From Octopus bimaculoides (taxonomy: Eukaryota), in contig NC_068983.1 in assembly GCF_001194135.2 (NCBI RefSeq), positions 32,739,064 to 32,771,273 of the forward strand: a stretch of DNA of 32,210 nt. Reading direction: 5' to 3'. Position 1 is the first letter of the stretch. Each line of letters opens with the position of its first letter. Under the pieces are notes generated by a model that did no database searches, was not told the origin of the DNA, and worked only from the letters and a program-made list of their open reading frames with translations. Shown in pieces: positions 10,663-21,921 of this stretch. The translations under genes and the position numbers were made by a program.

Positions 10663-11671
10663 GGAAAAGTGAGATACTTGTTTGGACAAACGCATGTCAA
10701 GCTACTTCACTTCACAGCTAGCCTCTTGTGAAGCCAAAATAGATATTATGTTTTGTTATAACAAGAGGCTTTTATATATAGTAATAAATGAGCATTTAAG
10801 AACAGATCTAGCTTATCCGACGAAGGTGCAAAAGAAGTATGCGATGCTACACATATAACTTCAAAAGTTTTGGGGTTTTTTAAATTGAAAAAAGCCATTT
10901 TAATTAGCAGGCTATATACGAATATCTATCTTTATATATAACACGGTTTCGTGGGTGCTACTAAAACAGTGGTAAGTTTCCGTCTTGTACTTTAATAATT
11001 ATGTTTTATGGATCCATTTGCATATTTGAATGGCTAATGAATGCATGTTAAGTGAAATCGAAGTTTATATGAGTGCAACAATATATTTTATTTAAAGCTG
11101 ATATCTACCCGTTCCTATGATTTTCAGTGTTTGAGATAATCAGAAAGTTAGGTCGACGTCTTAGACTCAATAAACGAGGTTAGATTCCCTCCTTCCCCAT
11201 GGATTAAGCTACCATTAAGAAAATGCAAGTTCGAATTCCTCAGTCGTTTGGGAATGTCCGACGGGTTTGAACAGGTAATCCGGGAAGAAATTTCTTATTT
11301 TAACGAATAACTAATAATCACTGATACCCTCGATAATCCAGAAATTTATATTTTATCTCTATCGCTCAATTCTGTTTTGGGTGTTGACGTTCATCACGGG
11401 AAAATGCCGTAAATCAATAGGTGTTATAGAACTCAGGATTAATAAAGGACGCCTACTTATTCAAGTTCACTTTTGTGAGTAAGAAACTAGGTGAACACGT
11501 CGCCTATCTATAGAAATTGATTTCATTTTAGGCGAAACCTGGAATAATAAGACTAAAACATTATAACATAACATAAAATCAGTAACTAGTACTATAAAAT
11601 GCACAACTTACAAATTCTCTTCAGATATTGTTTCCTTAGTACTGGACCCTAGCAGCGGGAAATTTAGACAG

Positions 11672-12081
11672 TGTCACGTGACAACTAGCTGGGGCTGCCT
11701 GCTGGAGCCTAGCAGCAGATATAAAAAGGGGAAGTTGACATGACGATCAGTCGGACGCTGACACTCGTTGATGCTGCATCGAAGAGGCCAGGGAATAGAA
11801 GAAAGAAGACATACACCCAACACCAGAGCTGAAGACACCTCCGAAAGGAGGGGACCTGCCACGTCAAAACGGTAGAGGAGTAGGGGCCGAAACCGGACGT
11901 GGTTCCTCCTGATGATGTCTTGAGCTAACTGGATCCTATAAAGGAGCTGTTGTGGTAGCAGACCACGAAACATGGTTGAAATTCCATGTAAATTTATTTT
12001 TGGATTTACCACTGAATATATTACTTTAAAATTAATTGTGTTGTTTTACTTAGCAGCATAAGTTTTCAGTAAGAACAGTAC
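11672..12081 (+). mobile_element. Possible solo LTR (Gypsy-like)
   Basis: GC/CpG-richer island starting TGTCACGTGAC, with TATAAAA at 11720-11726 and an AT-rich end at ...ACAGTACA. No TSD found; right boundary uncertain. Confidence 0.35.
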
Positions 12082-12394
12082 ATAATACATTCGTTAACTG
12101 TTTAAAATTACAGATTTGCTTTCTGAAGGATATTTTTGTATTTGGTTCACAAGTTGTTTTTATATGAATTTTGTTGCGTATAGGGAGAGTCATTACGCCA
12201 ATTGTTGTCATTATGGTGTTTGTAGCATACTTGGAGTTTATAAATTTATCGTAATGAATTTATTATAAATCTAATACAAACAAAGTGATAGAAAAATAGA
12301 CTGACAAGTCTACTAATAACTACTCGAGAAAAATGAAGCACTCCGGCCTATTTACGTTTTGCCGTCAATTTTGTTATTGTAAATTAAGTGAAAG

Positions 12395-12425
12395 CACGAA
12401 GGGGTGCTGAAAAGTTCCTGGCTTT
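12395..12425 (+). mobile_element. Isolated mariner-type TIR fragment
   Basis: CACGAAGGGGTGCTGAAAAGTTCCTGGCTTT resembles mariner TIRs (ACGAGGG..TGAAAAGTT); no partner TIR seen. Confidence 0.5.
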
Positions 12426-12469
12426 AGAGTATCATGAAAGGCCTGGCTGGAAGATAGCAGTGGGGCAAA

Positions 12470-12603
12470 TAGAGTGAGGAAACATGTACAAGGATTAAAG
12501 AAATAAGTAATGAGATCAATTTGTTCGACTAAAATCTTCAGGCCGGTCCTCCAGCATGGTCACGATCCAATAACTGAAACAAATAAAGGATAAAAGATAA
12601 GTG
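12470..12603 (+). mobile_element. 3' fragment of another SINE/LINE tail
   Basis: TTCGACTAAAATCTTCAGGCCGGTCCTCCAGCATGG...ACTGAAACAAATAAAGGATAAAAGATA resembles a common octopus retroposon tail, recognised from memory. Confidence 0.4.
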
Positions 12604-13052
12604 ATATAGTCTAAAAACCAGCTGCTGAAATATTTGTTACGAGACAGCATGTTAAAGAGTTACGTTTATATATTTGTTATGCAAGATTCTTGATGTGAAA
12701 TCGTAAATTTGAAACAGATATTCTTATAGTTTGGGATGGTTATCTTTTGACAAATAAGCATACGCATAAATTATCTGATCTTCCCTTTAGACACGAGTAC
12801 AAACATACAAACAGTGTAATGCATAAAGCCATACACATGCACATAAGAAACACATACTAAACCCACACATTGATACACATACACACACATGCTCACATAC
12901 ACACACACAGATGCTCACAGGCATTCGCACACAAATACATACGTAAACGCATGCACAGATAAAGATACATACCGCAGAAAGGCAAAAAGAGACAGGTGGG
13001 ACAGAATGTGAGACGAAAGAACCCTGACGAATAAACCAATAATAATAATAAT

Positions 13053-13253
13053 GGTTTCAAATTTCGGCACAAGGCCAGCAAGTTCGGGGGAGGGGCTAGG
13101 CCGATTATACCGACCCTAATGCTCAACTGGTACCTATTTTATTGACTCAGAAAGGATAAATGGCGAAGTCGACTTCGGTAGAATTTGAACTTAGGACATA
13201 AAATCGGACGAAATGCCGCAAAGCGTTCTCTCCGGCGTGTTAACGATTCTGTC
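13053..13253 (-). mobile_element. SINE family A variant (tail GAAACC(ATT)n), head truncated
   Basis: GGCACAAGGCC, ACTGGTACCTATTTTATTGAC, GAATTTGAACT and CCGGCGTGTTAACGATTCTGTC match family A; (AAT)n on both sides. Confidence 0.85.
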
Positions 13254-13280
13254 AATAATAATAATAATAATAATAATAAT

Positions 13281-13896
13281 ATGATGTTCAGGTATGAAAA
13301 CCATCTTGAGCCAGTCGTTGAAGGTAAAAATGACACTATCCTCTGGAATTTTCCAGTCAACACCGACAGAATGATCCAGGCTAATCGACCAGATATACTT
13401 ATTAAAGGCGGGGAAGAAAATACTTGTAGACTAATAGACGTGAGTAATCCCACTGATAAAGATATATGTGTAAAGGAGTTTGACAAATTAAGTAAATATA
13501 AGGACCTGGAAATTGAACTACAATAATGTGGTATCTTAAAGCAAGAATTGTTCCTGTTATTTTAGGTGCCCTAGGCATGATGCAACGGGATGTCAGAAAC
13601 ATCTAGTTAAGATCTCAGGAGAACCATGTCTCAGAGAAATCCAAAAGATTGTGCTAATAAGTACTGCCCACATCCTTAGGAAAACCCTATCAATTTAAAT
13701 GTCTGTGTTGTATTACATGAAGATATTTCGCTACTGCACCTGCCACTTTTCCTCCCCATGTTTTCAGTCATACTGTAATATCTCTTATCTTTCACTCGCC
13801 CTAGGACGCTTGGTGTGCACCGGCAAGTGACTGTAACAAACATGCAGATGAAAAGTAAATAAAAGAAACAGTAACAACAGCAACGATAATAATAAT
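13281..13896 (+). mobile_element. 3' fragment of a second RLE-type LINE family
   Basis: ILWNFPVNTDRMIQANRPDILI, LIDVSNP, KLSKYKDLEIE, VPVILGALG, AHILRKTLSI* (stop 13696-13698). The 3' UTR differs from the 5726 element; (AAT)n at both ends. Confidence 0.88.
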
Positions 13897-14087
13897 CCTT
13901 TCTACTGAATGTACAAGGCCTGAAATTTGAGGGAGGGGACTAGTTGATTACAGCGACTCCAGTGCTTGACTGGTACTTATTTCATTGACCCTAAAGGGTT
14001 GAAAGGCATAGTCAATCTCATCGGAATTTGAACTCAGAATGCAGCAACACACGAAATCCCGGCGTGCTAAAGATTTTGCCAGAGCTT
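13897..14087 (-). mobile_element. SINE family A copy (diverged)
   Basis: CCTTTCTACTG..ACAAGGCC, GACTGGTACTTATTTCATTGACC, GGAATTTGAACTCAGAA, CCGGCGTGCTAA. Confidence 0.85.
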
Positions 14088-14097
14088 AGTTCAGTCT

Positions 14098-14970
14098 GTG
14101 CGGATTTTCTCAAATGATATTAAGGTGGAGTTTGGACTCTCAAAATGTGCTACGATGGTGAGGAGACGAGGAAAGCTTATCAGGACAGAAGGCATATTTA
14201 TGCCAAATGATGAAGTGACAAAGGCAGTTATAAATTCAGTTATAAATACCTGGAAATATTTGAGGCAGATGGAATTAAACACAACGATATGAAAGGAAAG
14301 ACTAAGAAAGATTACTTGCGGCGAGTGAGAAAAATATTGACATCAAAGCTGAATGCCAGAGTAAGTGACGCGGTGGAATCATTAGAACATTGGACAAAAT
14401 ACTGTGCAATATATGTTCAGGCTCTTTATGCCAAGGGTTCAAATCGTGTCATGATCATCATTTACTTTTATCTCCTTCACCCCATCCCCAGTTTCGGCAA
14501 TAAAATCACGCGCAGTCGCAGTAGTTCGGTATGACACTGGAATCCTAAAGTGAACAGAAGAGGAGCTAAAGGAATTGAACAGGAAGATAAGAAAGCTCCT
14601 TATGATGCGTGGAAACCATCGTCCACGTGCAGACACCGATCGCTTGTACATGAAGAGAGGAAATAGATGAAGAGGACTGATAAGTGTGGAAGACTGCATA
14701 CGTATCGAACTCGGGAGCTTAATGAGAAATCTAACCCAAAGTAAGGAAACCTTGCCAGAATCAGTTGCGAATGAGGGAGTATTGGAAGCAGAGAAAGAAG
14801 GAAAAAACAAAGGAAGAAGCACAAAAAGGACACGAAGAATTACGCAACCAGGTCATAGAGGCGAGACGCCCAGATAGCGTACTCATCCATAATGATGAAA
14901 AAGAAGTAAAGGTAATAGATATTGCAATACAAGGTGATTCGAGGGCGAAATGTAAGGAAACAGAAACAGC
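14098..14970 (+). pseudogene. Fragment of a third RLE-type LINE (post-RT region joined to RLE)
   Basis: FSNDIKVEFGLSKCA; YLRRVRKILTSKLNA; AVVRYDTGIL; RADTDRLYMKRG; GLISVEDC; then ARRPDSVL...VIDIAI (PD..D). Interrupted at ~14361-14495. Confidence 0.85.
14361..14495 (+). mobile_element. Decayed SINE-like insertion within the LINE fragment
   Basis: GTGGAATCATTAGAACATTGGACAAAATAC...GGGTTCAAATC resembles the family A head and B box; the LINE frame resumes at 14497. Confidence 0.4.
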
Positions 14971-16333
14971 AACGTGAACTACTTCGTGTCTAATAAAATA
15001 ATGTTTAGTTGTACACTATTTACTATACGAGGTGATATCCCTAAGCAGTAATGTATATAAATAAAAACTTGTTACCAGTTTTAATATGCTTGAGACATAT
15101 TCGAACCCGTAAACTAGCCGTTCACTGTATTTTGTCATGGAGAAAACGTCTCGCTGTTCACAAATAAGTGTAATTTGTTTAGAAATTTCATGACAAGTGC
15201 TGACTTCAACGTTTCATGCTGAGGAAACACGCGACACGTACAAGAATGAAGCTGTTCCCTACATCAAACAATCTAGATCTGCTTGGTCCCAATTGGCAGC
15301 ATGTGTGGACAGAGTTGTTGGCTGTTGAAAGTTAAATGCGTTTTTACAGAAAATCAAGGCAGTGTATCACTGAAAGTCCATTCAAATCAGCCAGCTATTA
15401 TTCCAAGTGCACATTGTAATACAGAAAAATAATTTATCTGCATCTGGGATGGAAAGAGTATATTAACATTTTATAAAACATACATCATTCTCTAGCAATA
15501 TTAACCGTAGAAAGAAAGAGTCAAACATTTGTACGATTCTGCGTTTGTTATCTTATTAAATATTGATCTACTGAAGTGCTTGTGTAGTTTCTTAGTAGCA
15601 ATTATTTTCTCCTAAGTCAAGTTAACATCGTTTGAAGTATGAGTTTACATGTGGATAGTCTTCGGTCAATGTTTTTGGCGAATGCAAATAATCTCCTTTA
15701 AAAGAACGTATTTGACTAAGTATTGATGTTTTCAAGAAGTTTTTCAAGCGACTTTCATTCAATTTGCTAAAAATAATTTTTAAAAAAACCGTCATACGAT
15801 TTACATAACCTTTCTAGTTACCAAAGCAAATGATCGTTTGACTTGGATGCAAGAATTCCTATTATAAAATTTTAATTCTTACTAGTCAGATTCTGAAATG
15901 AAAATTACTGCTGTTATATTTTCGCCTGAGTAAACTGAATACCTAATGATCAGGTTCATTTCAATAAATCGTGGGAATACACATAAATGCTTTCTACTAA
16001 GATGCCTCCAAATTAGTTGCAAGATTATTTTCATAGTTCCTGCAAGAATTATATTTATCAGGTATTATGTAGGTTGATATGAATTGTCAGGATTTGTTCA
16101 GAAAGTAAGTTTCCGTTTACTTTATTTTTTTAACTGTTATAATAGGATAGATCTCTACGTTTGATGAGTAGCAATTCAATAAAATTGCTAATGCATGTGA
16201 GATACTGCGGTCTATTTAATTTTTAATCCTGAACAAACATTGTATTTAACAGGAGATAAAAATTACTTAAATATTAGTAGTTTCTGTACAAGATAGTTTT
16301 TAGTCATATTTGCACACTAATACACAAGATTCG

Positions 16334-16668
16334 CGCGCACACGCACGCACACACACACGCATACACTATCTCTCTCCCTCCCTCCCTCACACTCAAAATT
16401 AACACATTTCGCTTGGAAAGAAGAATGTATTTGTTAAACTAACTACGAAATCAAAACACTAAACTGTATCAGGTTTTCTGACAAAAGGCGCATAAATTAC
16501 CAACAGAAGCATTGTGGTAGTCAGACCTGTTTTAGAGATGATACTTCTTGTTCTACTGTAGTGAGTTCGAAGGTAATACTCACATACACACAGATACACA
16601 CACACATGCACACACATACAGAGGCACACACATTCTCTCTCTCTCTCTCACACACACGCATACGCACA
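16334..16668. repeat. (CG/CA)n and (CT)n microsatellite clusters (16334-16390, 16582-16668)
   Basis: Directly visible. Confidence 0.85.
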
Positions 16669-17222
16669 ATCCATATTTCTTTTGGCAGTGACATTTTAGT
16701 TACAAACACTTTGGATGCTCCATTGGGTGCTTGCAAAATACATGTAACCTGGGTATGAAGACGTGTTAGACATTAAGTATTACAAGCTACTCCAACACGA
16801 ACAAAGATCTGTTAGAATGTGTGGGAAATGTATGAAAGCAGAGAGACATAAATTTCGTATTGATAAATTTTAAAGCTTTTAAGCCTTTAAGTTCTTCAGC
16901 CAGCATCTTTTGATCTGACAGAAAAAAATGTACATTATACATGATTAGAAGTAAAGAGATTGTTCAGAAAACTTCTAAATAAAGAAATGCGTAGAATGCA
17001 GAAACACACGGTACACGTAAACATGAATGATATACATACATGCATGTATAAGTACTTATATGAATATATACATACGTACATACATACATGCACACATACA
17101 TAGAAACATTCATATAATACACACATAGACACACAAAGAAACTCGAGTTTCTTTACGCCTTCGAGCAATCCTTTCTCTTTACATTTTTACATCTATTGAG
17201 CAATCCTTTCTCATTCGTTCCA

Positions 17223-17293
17223 CATAAAACTGCTTCTATCTTTCTATCTATCTATCTATCAGTTTGTCTGTCTTTCTCACTCAATCCACTTCC

Positions 17294-17334
<41 letters not shown>

Positions 17335-17362
17335 TTTCTCTATGTGTGTGTGTATTTGTGTG
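17223..17362. repeat. (TATC)n/(CT)n/(GT)n compound microsatellite
   Basis: Directly visible. Confidence 0.9.
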
Positions 17363-17789
17363 TGAAATTAAACGGAACGATTGTCAAGCGTAAGTACTTT
17401 CAGCATATGTTTGAAAATGACACTTGTGAAATTGTAAGATTAGGTGTTGGGAGGAAAAGCTCTTCAGTGGAAGATTAGGTGGAATTAATGTCTTTGGAAG
17501 CAGTCGCGGAATCAAGCAATATTATTTTAATAAAATATGGCAACCGCATTAACAAGGGGAATTCACTCTATTTGGTTTGCATATAAACCGTGTAATGGTT
17601 TAGATTTACTGTATATCAGCCTTGCATGGCATGTATTTTGCTCTGAAATTCAACCCCATCACTCGCACACCAAAATATAAGCAATAAAACTTAATTTCAT
17701 AATTTAGCGACAACACAAAATACAAACATACAAATATACATTTAAAGATTCAGGCATAAATTCAGCCAGTGAATTGTTATAATCGTTAT

Positions 17790-17885
17790 TGTGTTGGCTA
17801 GACGGTGTTTGCTCCGATAGTCTGAGATCAAATCCAGTCAAAATCAAATTTGCTTTTCATCGCTTTTTAAGGTTGATAAATAGAG
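17790..17885 (+). mobile_element. Highly decayed SINE family A fragment
   Basis: CTGAGATCAAATCCAG..AAATTTGCTTTTCATCGC...GGTTGATAAAT. Confidence 0.35.
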
Positions 17886-18527
17886 TTCTGGGTGGAAGAT
17901 TCGAAAAATTTTAGTGTGAAACATTCATGTTTTACCACGCTACTCAATGAAAATGCCCCTAATACCAAGCGATAACTGTCACTGATTTCTGATCTGGACA
18001 ATATTGAAATGTATTGTGGCTGTATTAGGTTTTATTTAGATATAGTCAGATTTCGGATGCCGTAATCACTATTCGTTGATTCACAAGTAGGAAGCAATAA
18101 TGATCTTTACAATATTTATTTCATAAGTATATTCATTGACAGAATCAAAGAATTAGGCCGGCAAAGTTAAAGGAATTTTCCAACAAAATGTGCTAGGTAA
18201 TATATTTTAAATAAAATCTTCAAATCAATGTTTGAAAATATACTTCGTTCTCTGAGCTAGTGGACAGCTAGAATAGACTACATGTGGCGCATTCATTTCA
18301 TGCGAATTTGATGCATGGCAGTGTGTAATAAAAGGCAAAATTATAGAATGACTTATTGAGATCTTCTTGGTTCCTCTTCAAGAAATATATTATTCTGTGA
18401 TGAATTTATGACTTTTCATACATCTTTAGAAATTTTGCCAACTTAAATAAAATATTATTGGATTGCATAGTGTACCAGTAGTGTCCAGTATCATCCAATA
18501 TAATCAAAAGTCATTTCACATAACGGA

Positions 18528-18695
18528 ATACACACACACGCACGCACACACACACACACACACACGCACACACAAACACACGCATATACACACACGCATG
18601 CACAAACACATACAGTCTTATGCACACACACATAAGCGCGCACACATACACGTACACACACACACATACATATTTATGCACACGTATGCACGCGC
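18528..18695. repeat. Cryptic (CA)n/(CACG)n microsatellite
   Basis: Directly visible. Confidence 0.9.
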
Positions 18696-18704
18696 GATTA
18701 TGTA

Positions 18705-18857
18705 TGTCACAGTGTGATAAGAAGTTTGCTTCCGAATACATGGTCCTGGGTTCAGTCCTAATTCATCGCAACTTGGGCAAGTGCCTTCTAATAAAACCTT
18801 GGGCCGACCAAAGCCTTGTGAGTAGATATAGTAGACAAAAACTGAAAGAAGCCCGTC

Positions 18858-18858
<1 letters not shown>
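18705..18858 (+). mobile_element. tRNA-derived SINE family C (CORE-like motif) with (TA)n tail
   Basis: B box GGGTTCAGTCC, CORE-like CTTGGGCAAGTG, GGGCCGACCAAAGCCTTGTGAG, end AACTGAAAGAAGCCCGTCG, then (TA)n/(CA)n 18859-18935. Confidence 0.85.
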
Positions 18859-18935
<77 letters not shown>

Positions 18936-19246
18936 NNNNNNNNNNNNNNNNNNNNNNNNNNNNNNNNNNNNNNNNNNNNNNNNNNNNNNNNNNNNNNNNN
19001 NNNNNNNNNNNNNNNNNNNNNNNNNNNNNNNNNNNNNNNNNNNNNNNNNNNNNNNNNNNNNNNNNNNNNNNNNNNNNNNNNNNNNNNNNNNNNNNNNNNN
19101 NNNNNNNNNNNNNNNNNNNNNNNNNNNNNNNNNNNNNNNNNNNNNNNNNNNNNNNNNNNNNNNNNNNNNNNNNNNNNNNNNNNNNNNNNNNNNNNNNNNN
19201 NNNNNNNNNNNNNNNNNNNNNNNNNNNNNNNNNNNNNNNNNNNNNN
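18936..19246. other. Assembly gap (N)
   Basis: N run. Confidence 1.
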
Positions 19247-19520
19247 AGGTGATTTTGTTTTATTTGAGGTATGCGTAATTTATATTATAATTTTAATAAA
19301 TTTCGTACAGCCCTGGACAATTTCTCCTACTCTCGGTGGCTGCTGTTTTTGTATATTGCGAATTCTATGGATTCGTTTCGAAAAAGGGAGCGTATCCTCG
19401 CCCGAATTAATAGAACCTAATACAGTTGCTGTTGAGTTACGGTTGGCAGTAGCCTGTATTTGTGTTTGGATTTATTTTACCAATTACCGGAAAAAAGAAA
19501 ATTCACGCCAAAGGCCCTAG

Positions 19521-20016
19521 CCACAATCGGCGGAGGATGTTTATATTATCCTGTACTACAAGGGAAGGAATGTTGATAGGCTCTTGGACCACGAGTGTGG
19601 CCAAGAAAGGAGCTACTCGGCGTGTGCAAGTAGTCCCTTATGACCTCCACAGGTTACTGCGGAGGTCATAAAAGAAAAGACATTGGATAGAGTATTCAAA
19701 AAATGTAACAGAAAGGATTTTTCTTGCTACGCCGTGAGCTCCAGTCTGACGATGGACCATCGTTTATCAGGGGCAATGCACCTACTGTAGTCTTGCGGTG
19801 CGGGGGATTGATTAATTATGACTAATTGTTTTTGATTTTTGAAACAATGTAGCATTGATGTTGTAATATTGTTATTACTATCATTGTAATTATTGAATTG
19901 TATTGAACAAAGGTTTTCGAAGGGTTGCCAGTTGGTGGGCGCTGGTGCCCTTCTCATTTTCTTTCATCCATGTCTTTTTCTCATTTCCCATTAATGTATT
20001 TGTCCAGCCCTGGCTT
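19521..20016 (+). mobile_element. 3' part of a Tx1-related element: ORF1 C-terminus followed directly by 3' UTR (no ORF2)
   Basis: Frame 19533-19790 (EDVYIILYYKGRNVDRLLDHECGQERSYSACASSPL*PPQVTAEVI...MDHRLSGAMHLL*) aligns with the C-terminus of the minus-strand ORF1. 19903-20016 is homologous to that element's 3' UTR. Confidence 0.7.
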
Positions 20017-21241
20017 ATTTATTTCATTTTAATTGGCCATTAAGGCCTTACAAAGAGGGGACAAACAAGGACAGACAAACGTAAAGAAGCTGCAGGCTGG
20101 ACACGGACATTAATGAGATGAGGGTGATAACAAAAAAAGGTGAAAAATAACAAAATGAAAAATGGGAGGGGCACCGGCGCCCACCGACCGATAACCCCTC
20201 GAATACATTGTTCAAGCTCAATATTTATAATCATCAATGCCTTTCAAGTAGGGCCTCCGCTGCACGCAGGCAGCTCTCCATGTTCGTCTCAGCCTCAGTG
20301 CTGATGCGCACATATGAGCGGCCGCCACAGTCGGCCTCCACCCTAGCACGGACGCTGTTGGTTACCACTGCTGCGGCCACCTGCTGGGGCCACCTCGAAC
20401 TGCTCTAGCAGGCCGAGACGAACCTCTCTTTATATTCAAAGTTTAAACATTCTTCCACCTCTCCACCTCTGAGGTACAGGAGGAGACACTCCTCCTTCTC
20501 CTCCTTAGGGGGAGGGATCTCACCTTGTCCCGCCAGCGGCACAACTCCTGCTGACAGGACCTCCCTCTCCGATGGTACATTTCCCTCCGGAGGGGCGACT
20601 GGTTCGGTCGGCGGCACATAAACGTCCGCCGGCCACTTCCCACCTCTCTTTCTTTTCTTCTTCCTTTTAGAGGTTTCGGGGGTGAGGGCCTCCTTCGGCA
20701 TACCCGAGGAGATCTTTACCTCCCCCTCAACCTCTGTTTCAATTGGTGAGCAACCATTGTTGCTCACCTCTGTTTCAACTGGTGAGGAACCATTGTTGCT
20801 CACCTTTCGTTTTCTTTTCGTGGAGGCACCTGTCTCCACGACTTTCTCCGTCTCCCCTTCCAATGAGGGGGCAGCAGGCACTTTATCCTGCTCCAGGGCC
20901 TTATTACGGCCCTGGGGGAAGTTTTTTTTATGTGGCCAGCTTCCAAGCACTCATGGCACCTTGGTTGCCGGCCCTCAGTATTAACGGGGTACTTTGCCCC
21001 AGCCAATTTTTAAAAATCGGGAAAGCACATGTCTCCTACAGCCACTGGGGACCACAAGGTCAATGTCGCCTTGGCGCCCTGCCAGTTGACTGCAGGTGAC
21101 ATGTGCACATTAAGGAGCCTGGGTCCACCGTCCCCCAAGCCCTGCCGAATGGTATCAGCGATCCACTCGGCCTTGTAACTTGGGGGTAGTCCATGCACCC
21201 AGGCTCTAATTACTCTTTTCCCGCAGTAAGAGGGGAGGAAC
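20014..21241 (-). mobile_element. Tx1-related ORF1-only element (5' end hidden in gap)
   Basis: ORF1 21241-20234: PSYCGKRVIRAWV..PP...W, NWQG, EGRQPRCHECLEAGHIKK (CCHC knuckle), basic NLS-like KRKKKRKR. It has one frameshift (A-run near 20922) and two premature stops (21010, 20405). A ~220-nt 3' UTR with an A-rich end follows. Confidence 0.85.
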
Positions 21242-21921
21242 NNNNNNNNNNNNNNNNNNNNNNNNNNNNNNNNNNNNNNNNNNNNNNNNNNNNNNNNNNN
21301 NNNNNNNNNNNNNNNNNNNNNNNNNNNNNNNNNNNNNNNNNNNNNNNNNNNNNNNNNNNNNNNNNNNNNNNNNNNNNNNNNNNNNNNNNNNNNNNNNNNN
21401 NNNNNNNNNNNNNNNNNNNNNNNNNNNNNNNNNNNNNNNNNNNNNNNNNNNNNNNNNNNNNNNNNNNNNNNNNNNNNNNNNNNNNNNNNNNNNNNNNNNN
21501 NNNNNNNNNNNNNNNNNNNNNNNNNNNNNNNNNNNNNNNNNNNNNNNNNNNNNNNNNNNNNNNNNNNNNNNNNNNNNNNNNNNNNNNNNNNNNNNNNNNN
21601 NNNNNNNNNNNNNNNNNNNNNNNNNNNNNNNNNNNNNNNNNNNNNNNNNNNNNNNNNNNNNNNNNNNNNNNNNNNNNNNNNNNNNNNNNNNNNNNNNNNN
21701 NNNNNNNNNNNNNNNNNNNNNNNNNNNNNNNNNNNNNNNNNNNNNNNNNNNNNNNNNNNNNNNNNNNNNNNNNNNNNNNNNNNNNNNNNNNNNNNNNNNN
21801 NNNNNNNNNNNNNNNNNNNNNNNNNNNNNNNNNNNNNNNNNNNNNNNNNNNNNNNNNNNNNNNNNNNNNNNNNNNNNNNNNNNNNNNNNNNNNNNNNNNN
21901 NNNNNNNNNNNNNNNNNNNNN
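21242..21921. other. Assembly gap (N)
   Basis: N run. Confidence 1.

Noticed and set aside
10911-11178. Plus-strand exon pair 10911-10971 and 11128-11178 around a GTAAGT...TTTTCAG intron
   Set aside because: Good splice signals but phase-incompatible, so they cannot join into a coding frame; a non-coding transcript cannot be assessed from sequence alone.
11829-11915. Hammerhead-like motifs (CTGAAGA..GAAA; GAAA..CTGATGA)
   Set aside because: Stems I and II cannot be formed in any permutation; other CTGANGA hits in the window also lack a matching GAAA core.
15882-15891. Possible 10-nt minus-strand microexon (TTTCAG|AATCTGACTA|GTAAGA)
   Set aside because: Not distinguishable from chance without RNA data.
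17163-17212. 15-bp direct repeat GAGCAATCCTTTCTC spaced by 20 nt
   Set aside because: Small local duplication; there is no element between the copies.
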